From Agathobacter sp. (lineage in GTDB: Bacteria; Bacillota; Clostridia; Lachnospirales; Lachnospiraceae): a stretch of DNA of 64,000 nucleotides. The notes beneath the pieces are model-generated. The model saw only the letters and a list, made by a program, of their open reading frames with translations, did no database searches and had not been told where the DNA came from. Below, one piece after another: positions 10,456-21,116 of this stretch. The position numbers and the translations under genes were made by a program. Within the stretch, counting starts at the first letter, position 1; every line of letters starts with the position of its first letter. The stretch covers positions 5,667-69,666 of the forward strand of contig JAZULP010000032.1 in assembly GCA_045603165.1 (NCBI GenBank), written 5' to 3'.

Positions 10456-11169
10456 TTATTCCTCTGAACCGGTTTCGATTTCTTTTGTAGCTGCATCTTT
10501 AGATGAAGTTTCTTCTGTTGAGGCTTCTGCCTGTTTTACAAGCTCTTCCATCTTCTTTTCATACTCACTTAGAGTCGCAAGTGTCTTATCTGAAACAAAT
10601 TGCTGTTGATAAGATGTCATACCGTCATAGACTTCTCTCAACTGGGAAATTGCCTTCTGCCATTCTAATGAGAGATTCTCTATTAATGGTAATTCTGCTA
10701 CCATGTCTGTCAATGTGCTTGCAAGTGTAACACCTTCGTAGTATTCGGCATCTGCTACGGTGTCTAAGGATGATAATGGATATAACTGATCGTTTACAGA
10801 TAACATTGTTTCACCATTTTCATACATCACATAATCAACTCTTCCATCTACGTATGTAGTATTTCCTGTAGTCTCACTGGTTACTTTTAAAATAACCTGC
10901 TTTCCTACTAAATCACTTGCTCTCTGGCTCTCCTGCATTTCAGAAAGAGAAAGGGTTGCCTCTAACTGAGAAAAGGTTGCCATCTGTGCTACATAGTCAG
11001 TGTTACTAGTTGGTTCAAGAGGGTCCTGATACTGCATTTCTGCACAAAGTAATTGTAAGAACTGATCATATCCTAAGGTAGACCCTGTAGGATTGATTCC
11101 GTTTTGATTGGAATTATCGGTATACTCATATTTAAGTTCGCCGTTTTCTACTCCTGCAATAATTGCCAT
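10456..11169 (-). CDS. flgD: Flagellar hook capping protein FlgD
   Basis: FLQLLCAEMQYQDPLEP and AQMATFSQLE motifs. Confidence 0.93.
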   Translation of the reverse strand: MAIIAGVENGELKYEYTDNSNQNGINPTGSTLGYDQFLQLLCAEMQYQDPLEPTSNTDYVAQMATFSQLEATLSLSEMQESQRASDLVGKQVILKVTSETTGNTTYVDGRVDYVMYENGETMLSVNDQLYPLSSLDTVADAEYYEGVTLASTLTDMVAELPLIENLSLEWQKAISQLREVYDGMTSYQQQFVSDKTLATLSEYEKKMEELVKQAEASTEETSSKDAATKEIETGSEE

Positions 11170-11183
11170 AAGTACTCTCCTTT

Positions 11184-12734
11184 TTAAGCTGTCAGGTCTA
11201 CGGAATTACCGTTGTCCTTCATAATCTGTGCTACTAATGTTTCTTCTTCTGTCATCAAACCAGCTAATTCATCTAACGAATCCATTGTGATGTTGCGGCG
11301 TCTGATGTGTTTATTCTCCTCTGCCTCTACATGTTCTTCTGGATTTTGCTGATTCTGTTCCAGATTTCGTTCGAATTCATGGGAAGCGATAGTTACTTCG
11401 ATAGCATCTACCTTAACGCCTGCCTGATTTAAATTCTCACGAAGCGTTGCAATCTGAGTTTCCAAAGCCTCTTTTACAACTTCATTTGTTGCATGGAATT
11501 GTGCGTTTACAACTCCTTCTTCACTGGAAATGTTTACATATACTTTGCCAAGATTTTCCGGATTAAGTTGCATTTCCATTGAAGTCATTTCAGATGTGAT
11601 ATTAATTTTCATCTGTTGTACAATTTGTTCCATTATCTGTACTGTGTCTGCAGAAAGATAAGAATTAAACTGCATCTGTGGCATCTCGTTTACCTGACTA
11701 AGGTTTATGGTTGTCTGGTTTGTTACGATTGCCTGATTAGAATCAGAATTATGATTCAAAAGCGAATTGTTTTCCGAATTCTGCTTACCACCTGCAAGGG
11801 ATGAGTCTTCACCCTTACTCTGGCTTGTTGTGATATCCTCCGTATCCACATCTTGTGCTTTCACTTCGGAAGTATCCTCTTGTTTTTCTACCTTCACTTC
11901 TATCGGTTCGGTCTCATCAGTAGTATTTTCAACAGTTTCATTTACAGCTTCATTTGTGGTCTGTTCTGTGGCTTCCATCTCAACTTCTACTGTAACTGCT
12001 TCTGTTTTATTAACCGCTTCTGCATCAGCTTCTATAGTATCATTTTCTGTGATATCTGCTTCTACTGTCGCATTTTCTAACTCAACCTCCAGCGTATCCT
12101 GAAAAGTAGTAGGTCCTTCTGTTTCTGTGTTTACAATGTCCATTTCAGCAACAAGTTCCTGTAAACCATTCATGTCTACACCTAAGTCTTTCATAAGACC
12201 TTCTGCTAAATTGTCCAGTGTTTCCATCACATTTAAGAAGTTTTCATCCAGTAACAGCTCTTCACCTGATGCTACACCAGTTAATGCTACGATAAAGCTA
12301 ACCAGATTCTGTGGATTAAGTAAATCCAGAGCACTCAGTCCCATTTCATCTAACAAATTCTGAATAGTTTCCTGATCTAGACCATATTCCTCGCAAAGCG
12401 TATCAATCACTTCTTCGCCAACCTGTTCTAGTGCTTCACCAGCTTCTTCCAGCTTTTCTGATACATTGGTTTCCTCCGCAGCATCAATCTGATTATCCTT
12501 GTAGCTATAACGCTCATAGGATTCAACTGGAGACTGTGTACTGTTCGTCTTTGAAACATCCATGTTGGAAGACGTATCATCCACCACCGAATTTGAAATC
12601 TCTACAGTCTGGTTCATTAGTCCTGCAAAAACCTCTGCAACTTCCAAATTCTCTTCCTGCAACTTCTTCGATGTATCTACCTGTGAGTTCATATTGTTCA
12701 CAGAAGGTACATTCATAAGATTTGCTGTTGTCAT
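11184..12734 (-). CDS. fliK: Flagellar hook-length control protein FliK
   Basis: Acidic low-complexity body with C-terminal MQLNPENLGKV domain. Start moved to the ATG at 12734 (RBS aggagg). Confidence 0.88.
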   Translation of the reverse strand: MTTANLMNVPSVNNMNSQVDTSKKLQEENLEVAEVFAGLMNQTVEISNSVVDDTSSNMDVSKTNSTQSPVESYERYSYKDNQIDAAEETNVSEKLEEAGEALEQVGEEVIDTLCEEYGLDQETIQNLLDEMGLSALDLLNPQNLVSFIVALTGVASGEELLLDENFLNVMETLDNLAEGLMKDLGVDMNGLQELVAEMDIVNTETEGPTTFQDTLEVELENATVEADITENDTIEADAEAVNKTEAVTVEVEMEATEQTTNEAVNETVENTTDETEPIEVKVEKQEDTSEVKAQDVDTEDITTSQSKGEDSSLAGGKQNSENNSLLNHNSDSNQAIVTNQTTINLSQVNEMPQMQFNSYLSADTVQIMEQIVQQMKINITSEMTSMEMQLNPENLGKVYVNISSEEGVVNAQFHATNEVVKEALETQIATLRENLNQAGVKVDAIEVTIASHEFERNLEQNQQNPEEHVEAEENKHIRRRNITMDSLDELAGLMTEEETLVAQIMKDNGNSVDLTA

Positions 12735-12756
12735 GCAAGTCCTCCTTTCATCATAT

Positions 12757-13557
12757 TTAGTTGTCTGGTTCCATAATCGCTGTAATTTTGGCTGCGATTT
12801 CTGGTTCCATTTTACCAAGGATATCTGCTCTCGCCTGGGTTTCCATACTTAGCAGTATATCTGCCACTAGCTGCAAATTATCCGTCATGGTATCGAAGAT
12901 TGCTGCAGCTTCCTTTGGCTTCATGGTAGAATAGGTCTTGGCGTAATCATCTACCATATTGCGGTATTCTAGCTGCTCAACCGTCTGTTTATATAAAACC
13001 TCAGCATTCTCCGGATCAATGCTTTCATAATAGGTCTTATATTCTTCTATATCGGGTGCTTCCTCCGAAAAAACAACCTCTTCATAGAATTTTTCTTTCA
13101 AATTTTCAAATTCTGCTTGTTCTTCCTTGTATATTTGAAGCTCCGCAATTTGTGCCTGCAACTGAGCGATTGTATCTGTGTCTGTAGAATTGTCTGCCAA
13201 CGCAGTATCTAACAAGGCTTCTAGCTCTTTGATTCTTTCCACAGCATCATTTATCGTTTCGTACTGATACTCCGTATCTTCTTCTAAGCTGTTATTTTCT
13301 GGAAGAATCATATTCAAATATGGCACATCCTTAATCATTGGACGTAAAATAGTAGAACCAAATCCACCAACATCGAATTTGATAAGAAGTATTATGATGC
13401 CCAGCCACACCAGAATAATCAAAAGTGTAACAAAAGCCATAACAATTTTATTCCCTATACCTTCATCCTCCATGTCTTCATCTTCAAGGATTGGCATTCC
13501 ATCTTTATCCAGTTTTACTTCCTTCTCTTTCTTGTCCGTTCCCTTCATCTGCGGCAT
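12757..13557 (-). CDS. MotE/YlxF-like flagellar protein (TM, coiled coil, MgtE_N-like C-terminus)
   Basis: YSTMKPKEAAAIF and ARADILGKM motifs, between fliJ and fliK. Confidence 0.75.
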   Translation of the reverse strand: MPQMKGTDKKEKEVKLDKDGMPILEDEDMEDEGIGNKIVMAFVTLLIILVWLGIIILLIKFDVGGFGSTILRPMIKDVPYLNMILPENNSLEEDTEYQYETINDAVERIKELEALLDTALADNSTDTDTIAQLQAQIAELQIYKEEQAEFENLKEKFYEEVVFSEEAPDIEEYKTYYESIDPENAEVLYKQTVEQLEYRNMVDDYAKTYSTMKPKEAAAIFDTMTDNLQLVADILLSMETQARADILGKMEPEIAAKITAIMEPDN

Positions 13558-13569
13558 AAGATAAACTCC

Positions 13570-14010
13570 TTATTTATCGTTGTAAGTGTAGCTAACAAGC
13601 TGATCAATTTCCTTGCTTTCTTCAGCCTTCAATTCCTCTTTATACTGTTCAAAAGCCTTTTCTTTCAATTTCTCATGAGTTTTACGTTCTATCATAACCT
13701 CATTCAATGCTTTCCTGGCATCCTCTAATGCCATTTCTGCTTTATGTACTTCGATCATCTGGCGGCGCATCAATGTTTTCATGGTATTGACATCGTTTCT
13801 AGCGTGCGATACCTTTCGTACATCAATCACCCCAGTCATCGTTTCCTTCAATGCTTTTTCATAGCCTGTTCGACGAAGAATAATCTCCTGAAGTTTTCTC
13901 TGCTCCTCTAGATAATTTTGATTAGCAATACCATATGCAATTTTTGCCTGAGATTCCAACTTCATTTTTACATTCAGAATGTTTTGCATTCTGTATTTAA
14001 ACTTCGCCAT
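13570..14010 (-). CDS. fliJ: Flagellar export chaperone FliJ
   Basis: MAKFKYRMQNIL start, coiled coil, directly after fliI. Confidence 0.9.
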   Translation of the reverse strand: MAKFKYRMQNILNVKMKLESQAKIAYGIANQNYLEEQRKLQEIILRRTGYEKALKETMTGVIDVRKVSHARNDVNTMKTLMRRQMIEVHKAEMALEDARKALNEVMIERKTHEKLKEKAFEQYKEELKAEESKEIDQLVSYTYNDK

Positions 14011-14023
14011 CTTTCACCGCCGA

Positions 14024-15340
14024 CTAATCTGCAAATAATTGTTCTAAAAGCTCTACTTCTTCTTCAAACTGGTACTTTTCTTCTGTGCTTTGACATAAAA
14101 ATGCATTGACTACACGAATTTTCTTTAGTGCATAGTCAATATCTGGATTAGAACCACTTTTGTATGCACCGATATTAATTAAATCCTCTGCTTCACTATA
14201 TGTAGCTAAAACATTTCGGAGTTTTCCTGCTAATTCCTTGTGCTCTTTCGTTGCAATTGCACTCATAACACGGGAAATACTCTGCAATACATCTATCGCA
14301 GGGTAATGATTCTTATGTCCCAGTTTACGATCTAGCATGATATGTCCATCCAAAATACTACGCGCGGTATCTGTGATTGGCTCATTCATATCATCACCGT
14401 CCACTAAGACGGTATATAAGCCAGTAATGGACCCCACATCTGAGGTTCCTGCTCGTTCCAAAAGCTTCGGCATTTCCGAATAAACACTTGGTGGATAACC
14501 TCGAGTTACCGGTGGTTCTCCTGACGCAAGACCGATTTCTCGCTGTGCCATAGAAAAACGAGTCAAGGAGTCCATCATAAGAAGGACATCCTTCCCCTGG
14601 TCTCGGAAATACTCGGCAATAGCTGTGGCTGTTTTTGCTGCTTTATTTCGAATCAGAGCTGGTTTGTCTGAGGTAGCCACTACAACCACTGAACGAGCCA
14701 TACCCTCTGGTCCTAAGTCACGCTCAATGAATTCCCGTACCTCACGGCCACGTTCTCCGATAAGAGCAATGACATTGATATCCGCTTTTGTATTACGGGC
14801 AAACATACCCATAAGTGTACTTTTACCTACCCCGGAGCCAGCGAAAATACCAAGACGCTGCCCCTTACCGACGGTAATTAGACCATCTACTGCTTTTACC
14901 CCAAGAGGAAGTACTTCGTTGATAATCTCTCGCGCCATAGGGTCTGGTGGTAATGCTTCCAATGGATATGCCTGCGGAAGGTCAAAAGTTTCTACCCCCA
15001 TATCCGTAGGTCTACCAATTCCGTCTAAAGTGTGTCCTAGAAGCTCAAATCCAACTGGAACCTCCAGTGGCTTTCCTGTATTTTCCACAACACAGCCCAC
15101 TCCAACACCTTCTACGCTATCAACGGGCATAAGGATTAACCTTGAATCCTGAAAGCCTACAACCTCTGCCATCACATGTGTACTCATATCCTTATCAATA
15201 TATATCTTACATAAGTCATTGAGTCTGGCCTTTGGTCCTAATGATTCAACCGTTAATCCTACTACTTTGGAAACCTTTCCATAGCTTTTATAATATTGTC
15301 TATCTAATAACTGCAAATATTTCTCTGCTTGTTTTACCAC
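14024..15340 (-). CDS. fliI: Flagellar export ATPase FliI
   Basis: GSGVGKS Walker A, DSLTRFSMAQREIGL and GEPPVTRGYPPS. Confidence 0.97.
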   Translation of the reverse strand: MVKQAEKYLQLLDRQYYKSYGKVSKVVGLTVESLGPKARLNDLCKIYIDKDMSTHVMAEVVGFQDSRLILMPVDSVEGVGVGCVVENTGKPLEVPVGFELLGHTLDGIGRPTDMGVETFDLPQAYPLEALPPDPMAREIINEVLPLGVKAVDGLITVGKGQRLGIFAGSGVGKSTLMGMFARNTKADINVIALIGERGREVREFIERDLGPEGMARSVVVVATSDKPALIRNKAAKTATAIAEYFRDQGKDVLLMMDSLTRFSMAQREIGLASGEPPVTRGYPPSVYSEMPKLLERAGTSDVGSITGLYTVLVDGDDMNEPITDTARSILDGHIMLDRKLGHKNHYPAIDVLQSISRVMSAIATKEHKELAGKLRNVLATYSEAEDLINIGAYKSGSNPDIDYALKKIRVVNAFLCQSTEEKYQFEEEVELLEQLFAD

Positions 15341-15385
15341 TTGTAATTCCCCAATTTCAGCCCACGCACATGGGTGTGCAAGGGT

Positions 15386-16204
15386 TTATTTACAGAGGGA
15401 TCTGATGTCTTTTTCCAGATTATCGAGCACCATGTCGATGCCACAATTAAATACACCTGTTGCTGTTTCAATCATGCATTCCCCATCTTCCAGAGTCATA
15501 TCATTGATTACATCAATATTGACATCATTTCCAATCTTTTCTTTAATATCCGCCACATGAGATTCGATAAACTTATAGTTCACCTCTGCTACCCGAATGT
15601 GAAAATCCTTACCAGCATCTACACCTAAAAGGGTATCCTTAACCAGATGTAGCAAGATTTGTTTTTTATTGTCGAACTGAACATGAAATACCTTGTTGAA
15701 TACACGAATGACCACGTCAACAATATCAGATTCCATGCTTTCCATTCTGCTTTCATATTCTGCCTGAAGTTCCTGCCTTCTAGACTCATATTCTGATTCT
15801 AGCTGTGTCACCTTTTCATTCATCTCAGCCTGTATCTGCACGCTTCCTGCCTGATACCCTTCCTGCTGTTTCTGTTCATAAAGAAGCTCTGCTTCATTAC
15901 GTGCATTATCTGTAATCTGTAAAGCCTCTGCTTGTGCAGTAGCTAGAATTTTCTCTGCTTCTGCACGTGCCTGAGCTAAAACCTCCTCTGGCGTAGTTTG
16001 TTGCTCTACATATACATCCTCCGCAGCTAAACCAGCAAGAAATCCATCTAATATTTCTTCGCTTCCAGGTATTCTTTCACCAACACCCTCTCGATTCGTC
16101 GAACTATCTGTATTCTGCTGTCTATAATATCTATCATCAGCATTAATAATTCTTTTACCTGCCTCCAGATTCACGACACAACTCTGTTTCAATAAATTAG
16201 ACAA
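15386..16204 (-). CDS. fliH: Flagellar assembly protein FliH
   Basis: Ala/Glu-rich helix with QEGYQAG and GECMIET, between fliG and fliI. Probable TTG start at 16204. Confidence 0.85.
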   Translation of the reverse strand: MSNLLKQSCVVNLEAGKRIINADDRYYRQQNTDSSTNREGVGERIPGSEEILDGFLAGLAAEDVYVEQQTTPEEVLAQARAEAEKILATAQAEALQITDNARNEAELLYEQKQQEGYQAGSVQIQAEMNEKVTQLESEYESRRQELQAEYESRMESMESDIVDVVIRVFNKVFHVQFDNKKQILLHLVKDTLLGVDAGKDFHIRVAEVNYKFIESHVADIKEKIGNDVNIDVINDMTLEDGECMIETATGVFNCGIDMVLDNLEKDIRSLCK

Positions 16205-17198
16205 CGATATCATCACCTCCACCACGGGAAATAACGATTTCAGCAGATTCCTCTAATCGACGAATGATACCAACAATCTTCTGCTGTGCTTCTTCTACGT
16301 CCTTCATACGAACTGGTCCCATGAATTCCATATCTTCCTTAATCATAGCAGCAAGACGTTTTGACAGGTTCTTGAAGATAACATTCTGAACCTCTTCCGT
16401 GGTACTCTTAAGGGCAAGCTCAAGGTCAGCATTGTCAACTTCACGAAGTACACGCTGAATAGCACGATCGTCCAGAAGAAGAATATCTTCGAATACAAAC
16501 ATCTTCTTGCGGATTTCATCTGCCAATTCTGGTTCTTCAATTTCAAGTGATTCCATAATATGTTTTTCTGTACCACGGTCTACACTGTTCAAGATGCTTA
16601 CGATAGAATCGATACCTCCGACAATGGTGTAATCCTGATTAGCAAGAGATGCAAGCTTACGTTCCAATACGCGCTCCACTTCTTTAATAACATCTGGTGA
16701 TGTACGATCCATCATAGCAATACGTTTGGCTACATCAGCCTGCTTTTCTGGTGTTAATGTACCTAAAACCAGAGCTGACTGTCCCGGTGATAAATAGGAC
16801 AAAATCATAGCAATTGTCTGTGGATGTTCATCCTGAATAAAGTTCGATAACTGACTTGGATCTGTCTTTCGTACAAATTCGAAAGGACGTACTTGTAAGG
16901 ATGCGGTAAGCTTGGAAATAACTCCTTGTGCCTTTTCAGAACCAAGTGCTTTTTCTAATAGTTCCTTGGCATAACCAATACCACCCTCAGCAATATACTG
17001 CTGTGCCAGACAAATCTGATAGAATTCCATCAGAATGCCTTCTTTTTCCTGCGGAGAAATACTTCTGGTATTAGCAATTTCCAGTGTCAGTTCTTCAATT
17101 TCATCTTCTTTTAAATGTTTAAAAATTGTAGCAGCTTTTTCTGGCCCCAGAGCAATTAGTAAAATTGCTGCTTTCTGGACTCCGTTATATTCACTCAT
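16197..17198 (-). CDS. fliG: Flagellar motor switch protein FliG
   Basis: KAAILLIALG, EHPQTIA, MFVFED and MGPVR motifs. Confidence 0.97.
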   Translation of the reverse strand: MSEYNGVQKAAILLIALGPEKAATIFKHLKEDEIEELTLEIANTRSISPQEKEGILMEFYQICLAQQYIAEGGIGYAKELLEKALGSEKAQGVISKLTASLQVRPFEFVRKTDPSQLSNFIQDEHPQTIAMILSYLSPGQSALVLGTLTPEKQADVAKRIAMMDRTSPDVIKEVERVLERKLASLANQDYTIVGGIDSIVSILNSVDRGTEKHIMESLEIEEPELADEIRKKMFVFEDILLLDDRAIQRVLREVDNADLELALKSTTEEVQNVIFKNLSKRLAAMIKEDMEFMGPVRMKDVEEAQQKIVGIIRRLEESAEIVISRGGGDDIVV

Positions 17199-17201
17199 AT
17201 T

Positions 17202-18809
17202 CTACTCCCAATCCTCATTGAGCCAGTTGCGAAGCAAGGATGCAACCGCCTCTGGATTTTCATCAACGAATTTTTCAATCATAATTCTTGCATCAGACTT
17301 CTCAACATAGTCAATACCATTCAGACTATCCTGAACATTTGAGGTAGATTCCAATAGTGTTTCCACAGAAATCTCTGGTTGCAATTCTTCAGTCTTCTGT
17401 GTTCTTGTGCTACGGAATACTACATAACCCAAAAGTGCAAATATAAGAACCGCTATAATAATCTGTGCGTAATCTGCAATACTTCTTCCATCCTCTACTT
17501 CATCCACGAACTTTGGTTCTTCATAGCAAAGGAAGGTAATCGCATTGGCTGGGAAGCCTGTTGCGTTAGCCACCAACTGAATATAGCTTTCATCCACGTC
17601 TACTACCTGAGCTTCTGCATTTGCTGCTTTAAATTCCTCCCATGTCATGTCATCTAACGTACCATTCGCTCGAAGCTCTGCTTCATCATAGACAATATAT
17701 TTGGTCGCCATTACCGTAGTAGAAGAAGTATCATAGTTGATATTTCCACCGTTTCCTACGATAGTGGTAATTATTCTATCGTAATCATACATTGTATCTG
17801 ATTCGGAAATCTCAGTAAGACCATTTTGTCCATCTTCAATTACATATGTAGTATCATCATTGGTATCCGTTCCTGGAGTACCACCCTCATAACCTGTGGT
17901 TGAAGTCATATCATATAAAGACTGCTGTGTAATCGCGCCGCCATCCATGCCTGTTGGAATACCAAGCTCTGTCTTTACAATTTCACTCTGGTCAAAGTTT
18001 ACATCTAAGTTCATGGCGATTTCGACATTAGAAAACACGTGAGAATTTACTAACACATCTGAAATTTCTTCCTTGATAGCATTTTCCAGCTTTTGCTGGA
18101 AAGAAAGCTGTGTAGACGCAATCCCCATAGATGTCTGAGACTCATTGCCATTGTAAAGAATGTAAGCATTCTGATCAATAATAGTAATTCCCTCTGTAGT
18201 TTCATTACCAAGCTGCGCTGCTACATACAGGGCAAGTCCATATGCCTGGTCTGTATCCATCTCACCTTTGAGTTTTAAATTAATACCCGCTGTAGCATTC
18301 TGCTCTTTGGATAGAATCGTACCATCATCCTCAGGCATCTCTAAATCCACTGTACAGCTTTCTACCATAGAGAGCTGAGATATATGATCTGCAAATTTCT
18401 TTTCTAACAGCTCGTCATATAATTTCTTCTTATCAGCTTCTGTACGAGTAAAGCTTCCATCTATTACGTCCGACATGCTATAATTGACTGTAGAAATTTT
18501 ATTAGAGCCCAAAAGCAAACTTGCTGTGGCTTCATCTTCTTTTTCTACTTGAAAAACTAATCCATCCTCACTCATAGTATAGTTAATGGTCTCATCACTA
18601 TCCAGTATTTCCTTTACTTGAGCGGCTTCAATCGCATTTTCTGAACGATAGATTACGATTGTCTCAGGTGTAGACATAACAACAGCAAGAATCACCAATG
18701 CAATAATCACCACAGCAACTATACTGATAATCAAAATGCGCTGCCGGTTATTAAATTTTTTCCACCATTCCAATATTTGATTTAATATCTTTTGCAACTG
18801 TTCTGGCAT
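17202..18809 (-). CDS. fliF: Flagellar MS-ring protein FliF
   Basis: Two TM segments and C-terminal ENPEAVASLLRNWL, between fliE and fliG. Confidence 0.9.
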   Translation of the reverse strand: MPEQLQKILNQILEWWKKFNNRQRILIISIVAVVIIALVILAVVMSTPETIVIYRSENAIEAAQVKEILDSDETINYTMSEDGLVFQVEKEDEATASLLLGSNKISTVNYSMSDVIDGSFTRTEADKKKLYDELLEKKFADHISQLSMVESCTVDLEMPEDDGTILSKEQNATAGINLKLKGEMDTDQAYGLALYVAAQLGNETTEGITIIDQNAYILYNGNESQTSMGIASTQLSFQQKLENAIKEEISDVLVNSHVFSNVEIAMNLDVNFDQSEIVKTELGIPTGMDGGAITQQSLYDMTSTTGYEGGTPGTDTNDDTTYVIEDGQNGLTEISESDTMYDYDRIITTIVGNGGNINYDTSSTTVMATKYIVYDEAELRANGTLDDMTWEEFKAANAEAQVVDVDESYIQLVANATGFPANAITFLCYEEPKFVDEVEDGRSIADYAQIIIAVLIFALLGYVVFRSTRTQKTEELQPEISVETLLESTSNVQDSLNGIDYVEKSDARIMIEKFVDENPEAVASLLRNWLNEDWE

Positions 18810-18827
18810 GTTTATTTATCCTCTTAG

Positions 18828-19217
18828 TTAAATCTGCATATTCATAATTTCTCGATATGCTTCAATCATTCTATCTCTTACTGCAACCGTATACTGCAAG
18901 GCCACATTTGCTTTTGTCTGAGCAATCAGCAAATCATGTGTATTGTCAGATTCTCCTAATGCAAACTGAATTTCAGCAGCCTCTGCCTGATTCTGTAATG
19001 TATTCGTTTCATCAATGGAAGACATCATAGAATCTAAAATTGAACTAAAGTCTCCGACATTATCATCCGATACACTAGTAAGTGAGGAAAGTGTATCATT
19101 ATATGCGGAATATATGCTTGAAATTTCTTTTTCTGACAAATTGGACAGATTTGAGGCACTAGTAGTACCTGTTATTCCAGTTAAGCCAGTAATACTTGAT
19201 AAGCTTGAAATATCCAT
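18828..19217 (-). CDS. fliE: Hook-basal body protein FliE
   Basis: HDLLIAQTKA and VRDRMIEAYREIMNMQI motifs. Confidence 0.93.
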   Translation of the reverse strand: MDISSLSSITGLTGITGTTSASNLSNLSEKEISSIYSAYNDTLSSLTSVSDDNVGDFSSILDSMMSSIDETNTLQNQAEAAEIQFALGESDNTHDLLIAQTKANVALQYTVAVRDRMIEAYREIMNMQI

Positions 19218-19230
19218 TTCTTAACTCCTA

Positions 19231-19671
19231 TTATTTACCTATATTAAGACCTGTTAGTGCCATATTCTTGCTTGCATCAAAAGCTGTTGCATTTGCTTCA
19301 TAGGCACGCGTTGCATCAATAAGGTTCGTCATTTCAGTAACTGTATTGACATTTGGATATGAAACATAACCATTTTCATCTGCATCTGGATTGGATGGAT
19401 CATATTCCATAATAAAATCATTTTCATAATCTTCTGTTACAGAGCTGACCTTTACACCATTTCCTACTGCTCTATTTTTGGAAGTAGAATAGTATTCGCT
19501 GAAAGGTGTAACCCCTTTTTCTTGAAAGGTAACGATTTTACGGCGATATGGACCTCCACTTTCTGTAGAGGTGGTGTTTACGTTTGCAATATTTTCTGCA
19601 ATAATATCGGTACGAAAACGCTGTGCAGTCATACCGGTTGCACTGATGTTAAATGATTGAAATAATCCCAT
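19231..19671 (-). CDS. flgC: Basal-body rod protein FlgC
   Basis: ENIANVNTT, PYRRK and YPNVNTVTEM motifs. Confidence 0.96.
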   Translation of the reverse strand: MGLFQSFNISATGMTAQRFRTDIIAENIANVNTTSTESGGPYRRKIVTFQEKGVTPFSEYYSTSKNRAVGNGVKVSSVTEDYENDFIMEYDPSNPDADENGYVSYPNVNTVTEMTNLIDATRAYEANATAFDASKNMALTGLNIGK

Positions 19672-19695
19672 ACTCTATACACTCCCTTCAACTAA

Positions 19696-20085
19696 TTATT
19701 TTAGAACAGTCTGTAATCTCTGAAATTCAGAGGTAATGCTTGTTGTTAACGCTTGATATTTAATTTGTTCGGAAGCAAGCTCCACCTGTTCGGTATCAAT
19801 ATCTACGTTGTTGCCATCCAAACGATAAGAATAATTACCATGGTCTGTGTATACAGTTGGATTCAATTCGGACAACTGTATCCTGTCTACTTTCTTATCC
19901 AGACTTGTATATTTATAGTTGCTCATTTCATTCTTCAATGCAGTTTGAAAATCAATATCCTGTCTTTTATACCCAGGTGTATCTGCATTTGCAATATTGT
20001 TTGCGATTAAATTTTCCCTTGTCCAGCTGGCATCTGCAGCCTTTTCCAATACGTTGATATAGCTAAAAGCATCTGTTGATATCAT
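19696..20085 (-). CDS. flgB: Basal-body rod protein FlgB
   Basis: NNIANADTPGYKRQD and RLDGNNVDID motifs. Confidence 0.96.
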   Translation of the reverse strand: MISTDAFSYINVLEKAADASWTRENLIANNIANADTPGYKRQDIDFQTALKNEMSNYKYTSLDKKVDRIQLSELNPTVYTDHGNYSYRLDGNNVDIDTEQVELASEQIKYQALTTSITSEFQRLQTVLK

Positions 20086-20122
20086 ATGTATCCCTCCATA
20101 TACCTACTAGTCGCACATTAAT

Positions 20123-20150
20123 ATTATAATAGATGTCACGAAAAACACAA
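20123..20150 (-). promoter_or_regulatory. Sigma-A-type promoter of the fla operon
   Basis: TTGTGT-16 nt-TATAAT upstream of flgB. Confidence 0.5.
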
Positions 20151-20172
20151 GTATATTTTGCAATTTTCGAAC

Positions 20173-20209
20173 AAAAAAAGGGATTTATTTTGTATAAATC
20201 CCTTTAAAA
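20173..20209 (-). terminator. Intrinsic terminator after codY
   Basis: aaagggattta..taaatcccttt hairpin with a U-tract on the minus strand. Confidence 0.55.
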
Positions 20210-20251
20210 CGTCCATCCGTGCCACAATATATTGTGTTGCGTCGCTTTATA

Positions 20252-21028
20252 TTATAGTTTGTTGCTTTTTAGTTTTTCTAACTCTTCAAAAATTACATCA
20301 TTTACAACCCTGATGTAGGTCCCCTTCATTCCAGAAGAACGAGACTCAATGACACCTGCACTCTCAAACTTACGAAGTGCATTTACAATCACCGAACGGG
20401 TAATACCTACACGATCTGCAATACGGCTGGCAACTAAAATTCCTTCACTGCCTTCTAATTCATCAAAAATATGAATAATTGCTTCTAGCTCTGAGAAAGA
20501 CAAGGTGCTAATAGCCGATTTTACAATGGAAATCTTGCGCTCCTCTTCTGCATTTTCTTCATTTACCGAACGCATCATTTCTAGACCAACTACCGTAGTA
20601 CCGTATTCTGTGAGAATAATGTCATCAATATCATATTCTCTATCGCTACGATACTCAAACAAGGTACCCAAACGTTCTCCTGCAATATCGATTGGTGTAA
20701 TAATCGCACGATATTTGCGTGTTTCATCACCAAAGCCCAAGGTTTCAAGATTTACATTTTCTTTTGTGGACAAGATACCCAAGAGACGTTCGTTCAAGTC
20801 TGGATCTATGAATCCACCTACTTCATCTACAATCAATTCTTTTATGACATCCACCCCTGTGCATACACTGGAGCCTAAGACCTTGCCCTTTTTACTAATT
20901 ACCAAGATATCGGAGTCCAAAATCCCTGTTAGCACTTCGCAGATATCGTTGAAAACAACTTTGGTTGAATTATTATTGTGAAGAAGTTTATTAATTTTTC
21001 TTGTTTTATCCAATAACTGGACGCTCAT
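20252..21028 (-). CDS. codY: GTP/BCAA-sensing regulator CodY
   Basis: LLDKTRKIN start and the HTH ASRIADRVGITRSVIVNALRKFESAGVIESRS. Start moved to 21028. Confidence 0.97.
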   Translation of the reverse strand: MSVQLLDKTRKINKLLHNNNSTKVVFNDICEVLTGILDSDILVISKKGKVLGSSVCTGVDVIKELIVDEVGGFIDPDLNERLLGILSTKENVNLETLGFGDETRKYRAIITPIDIAGERLGTLFEYRSDREYDIDDIILTEYGTTVVGLEMMRSVNEENAEEERKISIVKSAISTLSFSELEAIIHIFDELEGSEGILVASRIADRVGITRSVIVNALRKFESAGVIESRSSGMKGTYIRVVNDVIFEELEKLKSNKL

Positions 21029-21068
21029 GAATTCCCTCCTCATTATAACATTCTATCTGTCTGTGAAA

Positions 21069-21097
21069 ATTTTATCATAATTTTTCTGACAATTCAA
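21069..21097 (-). promoter_or_regulatory. codY promoter with overlapping CodY box
   Basis: TTGAAT-17-TAAAAT. ATTTTTCTGACAATT at 21080-21094 matches AATTTTCWGAAAATT at 13 of 15 positions. Confidence 0.55.
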
Positions 21098-21116
21098 CCA
21101 AATCAGTGAAATTGTT

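Noticed and set aside
20162-20176. CodY box at the flgB promoter
   Set aside because: AATTTTCGAACAAAA has five mismatches to the consensus.
20086-20251. c-di-GMP riboswitch or invertible switch upstream of flgB, as in C. difficile
   Set aside because: The intergenic region is only 166 bp, with no GGCAAA/GEMM motif and no flanking inverted repeats other than the codY terminator.
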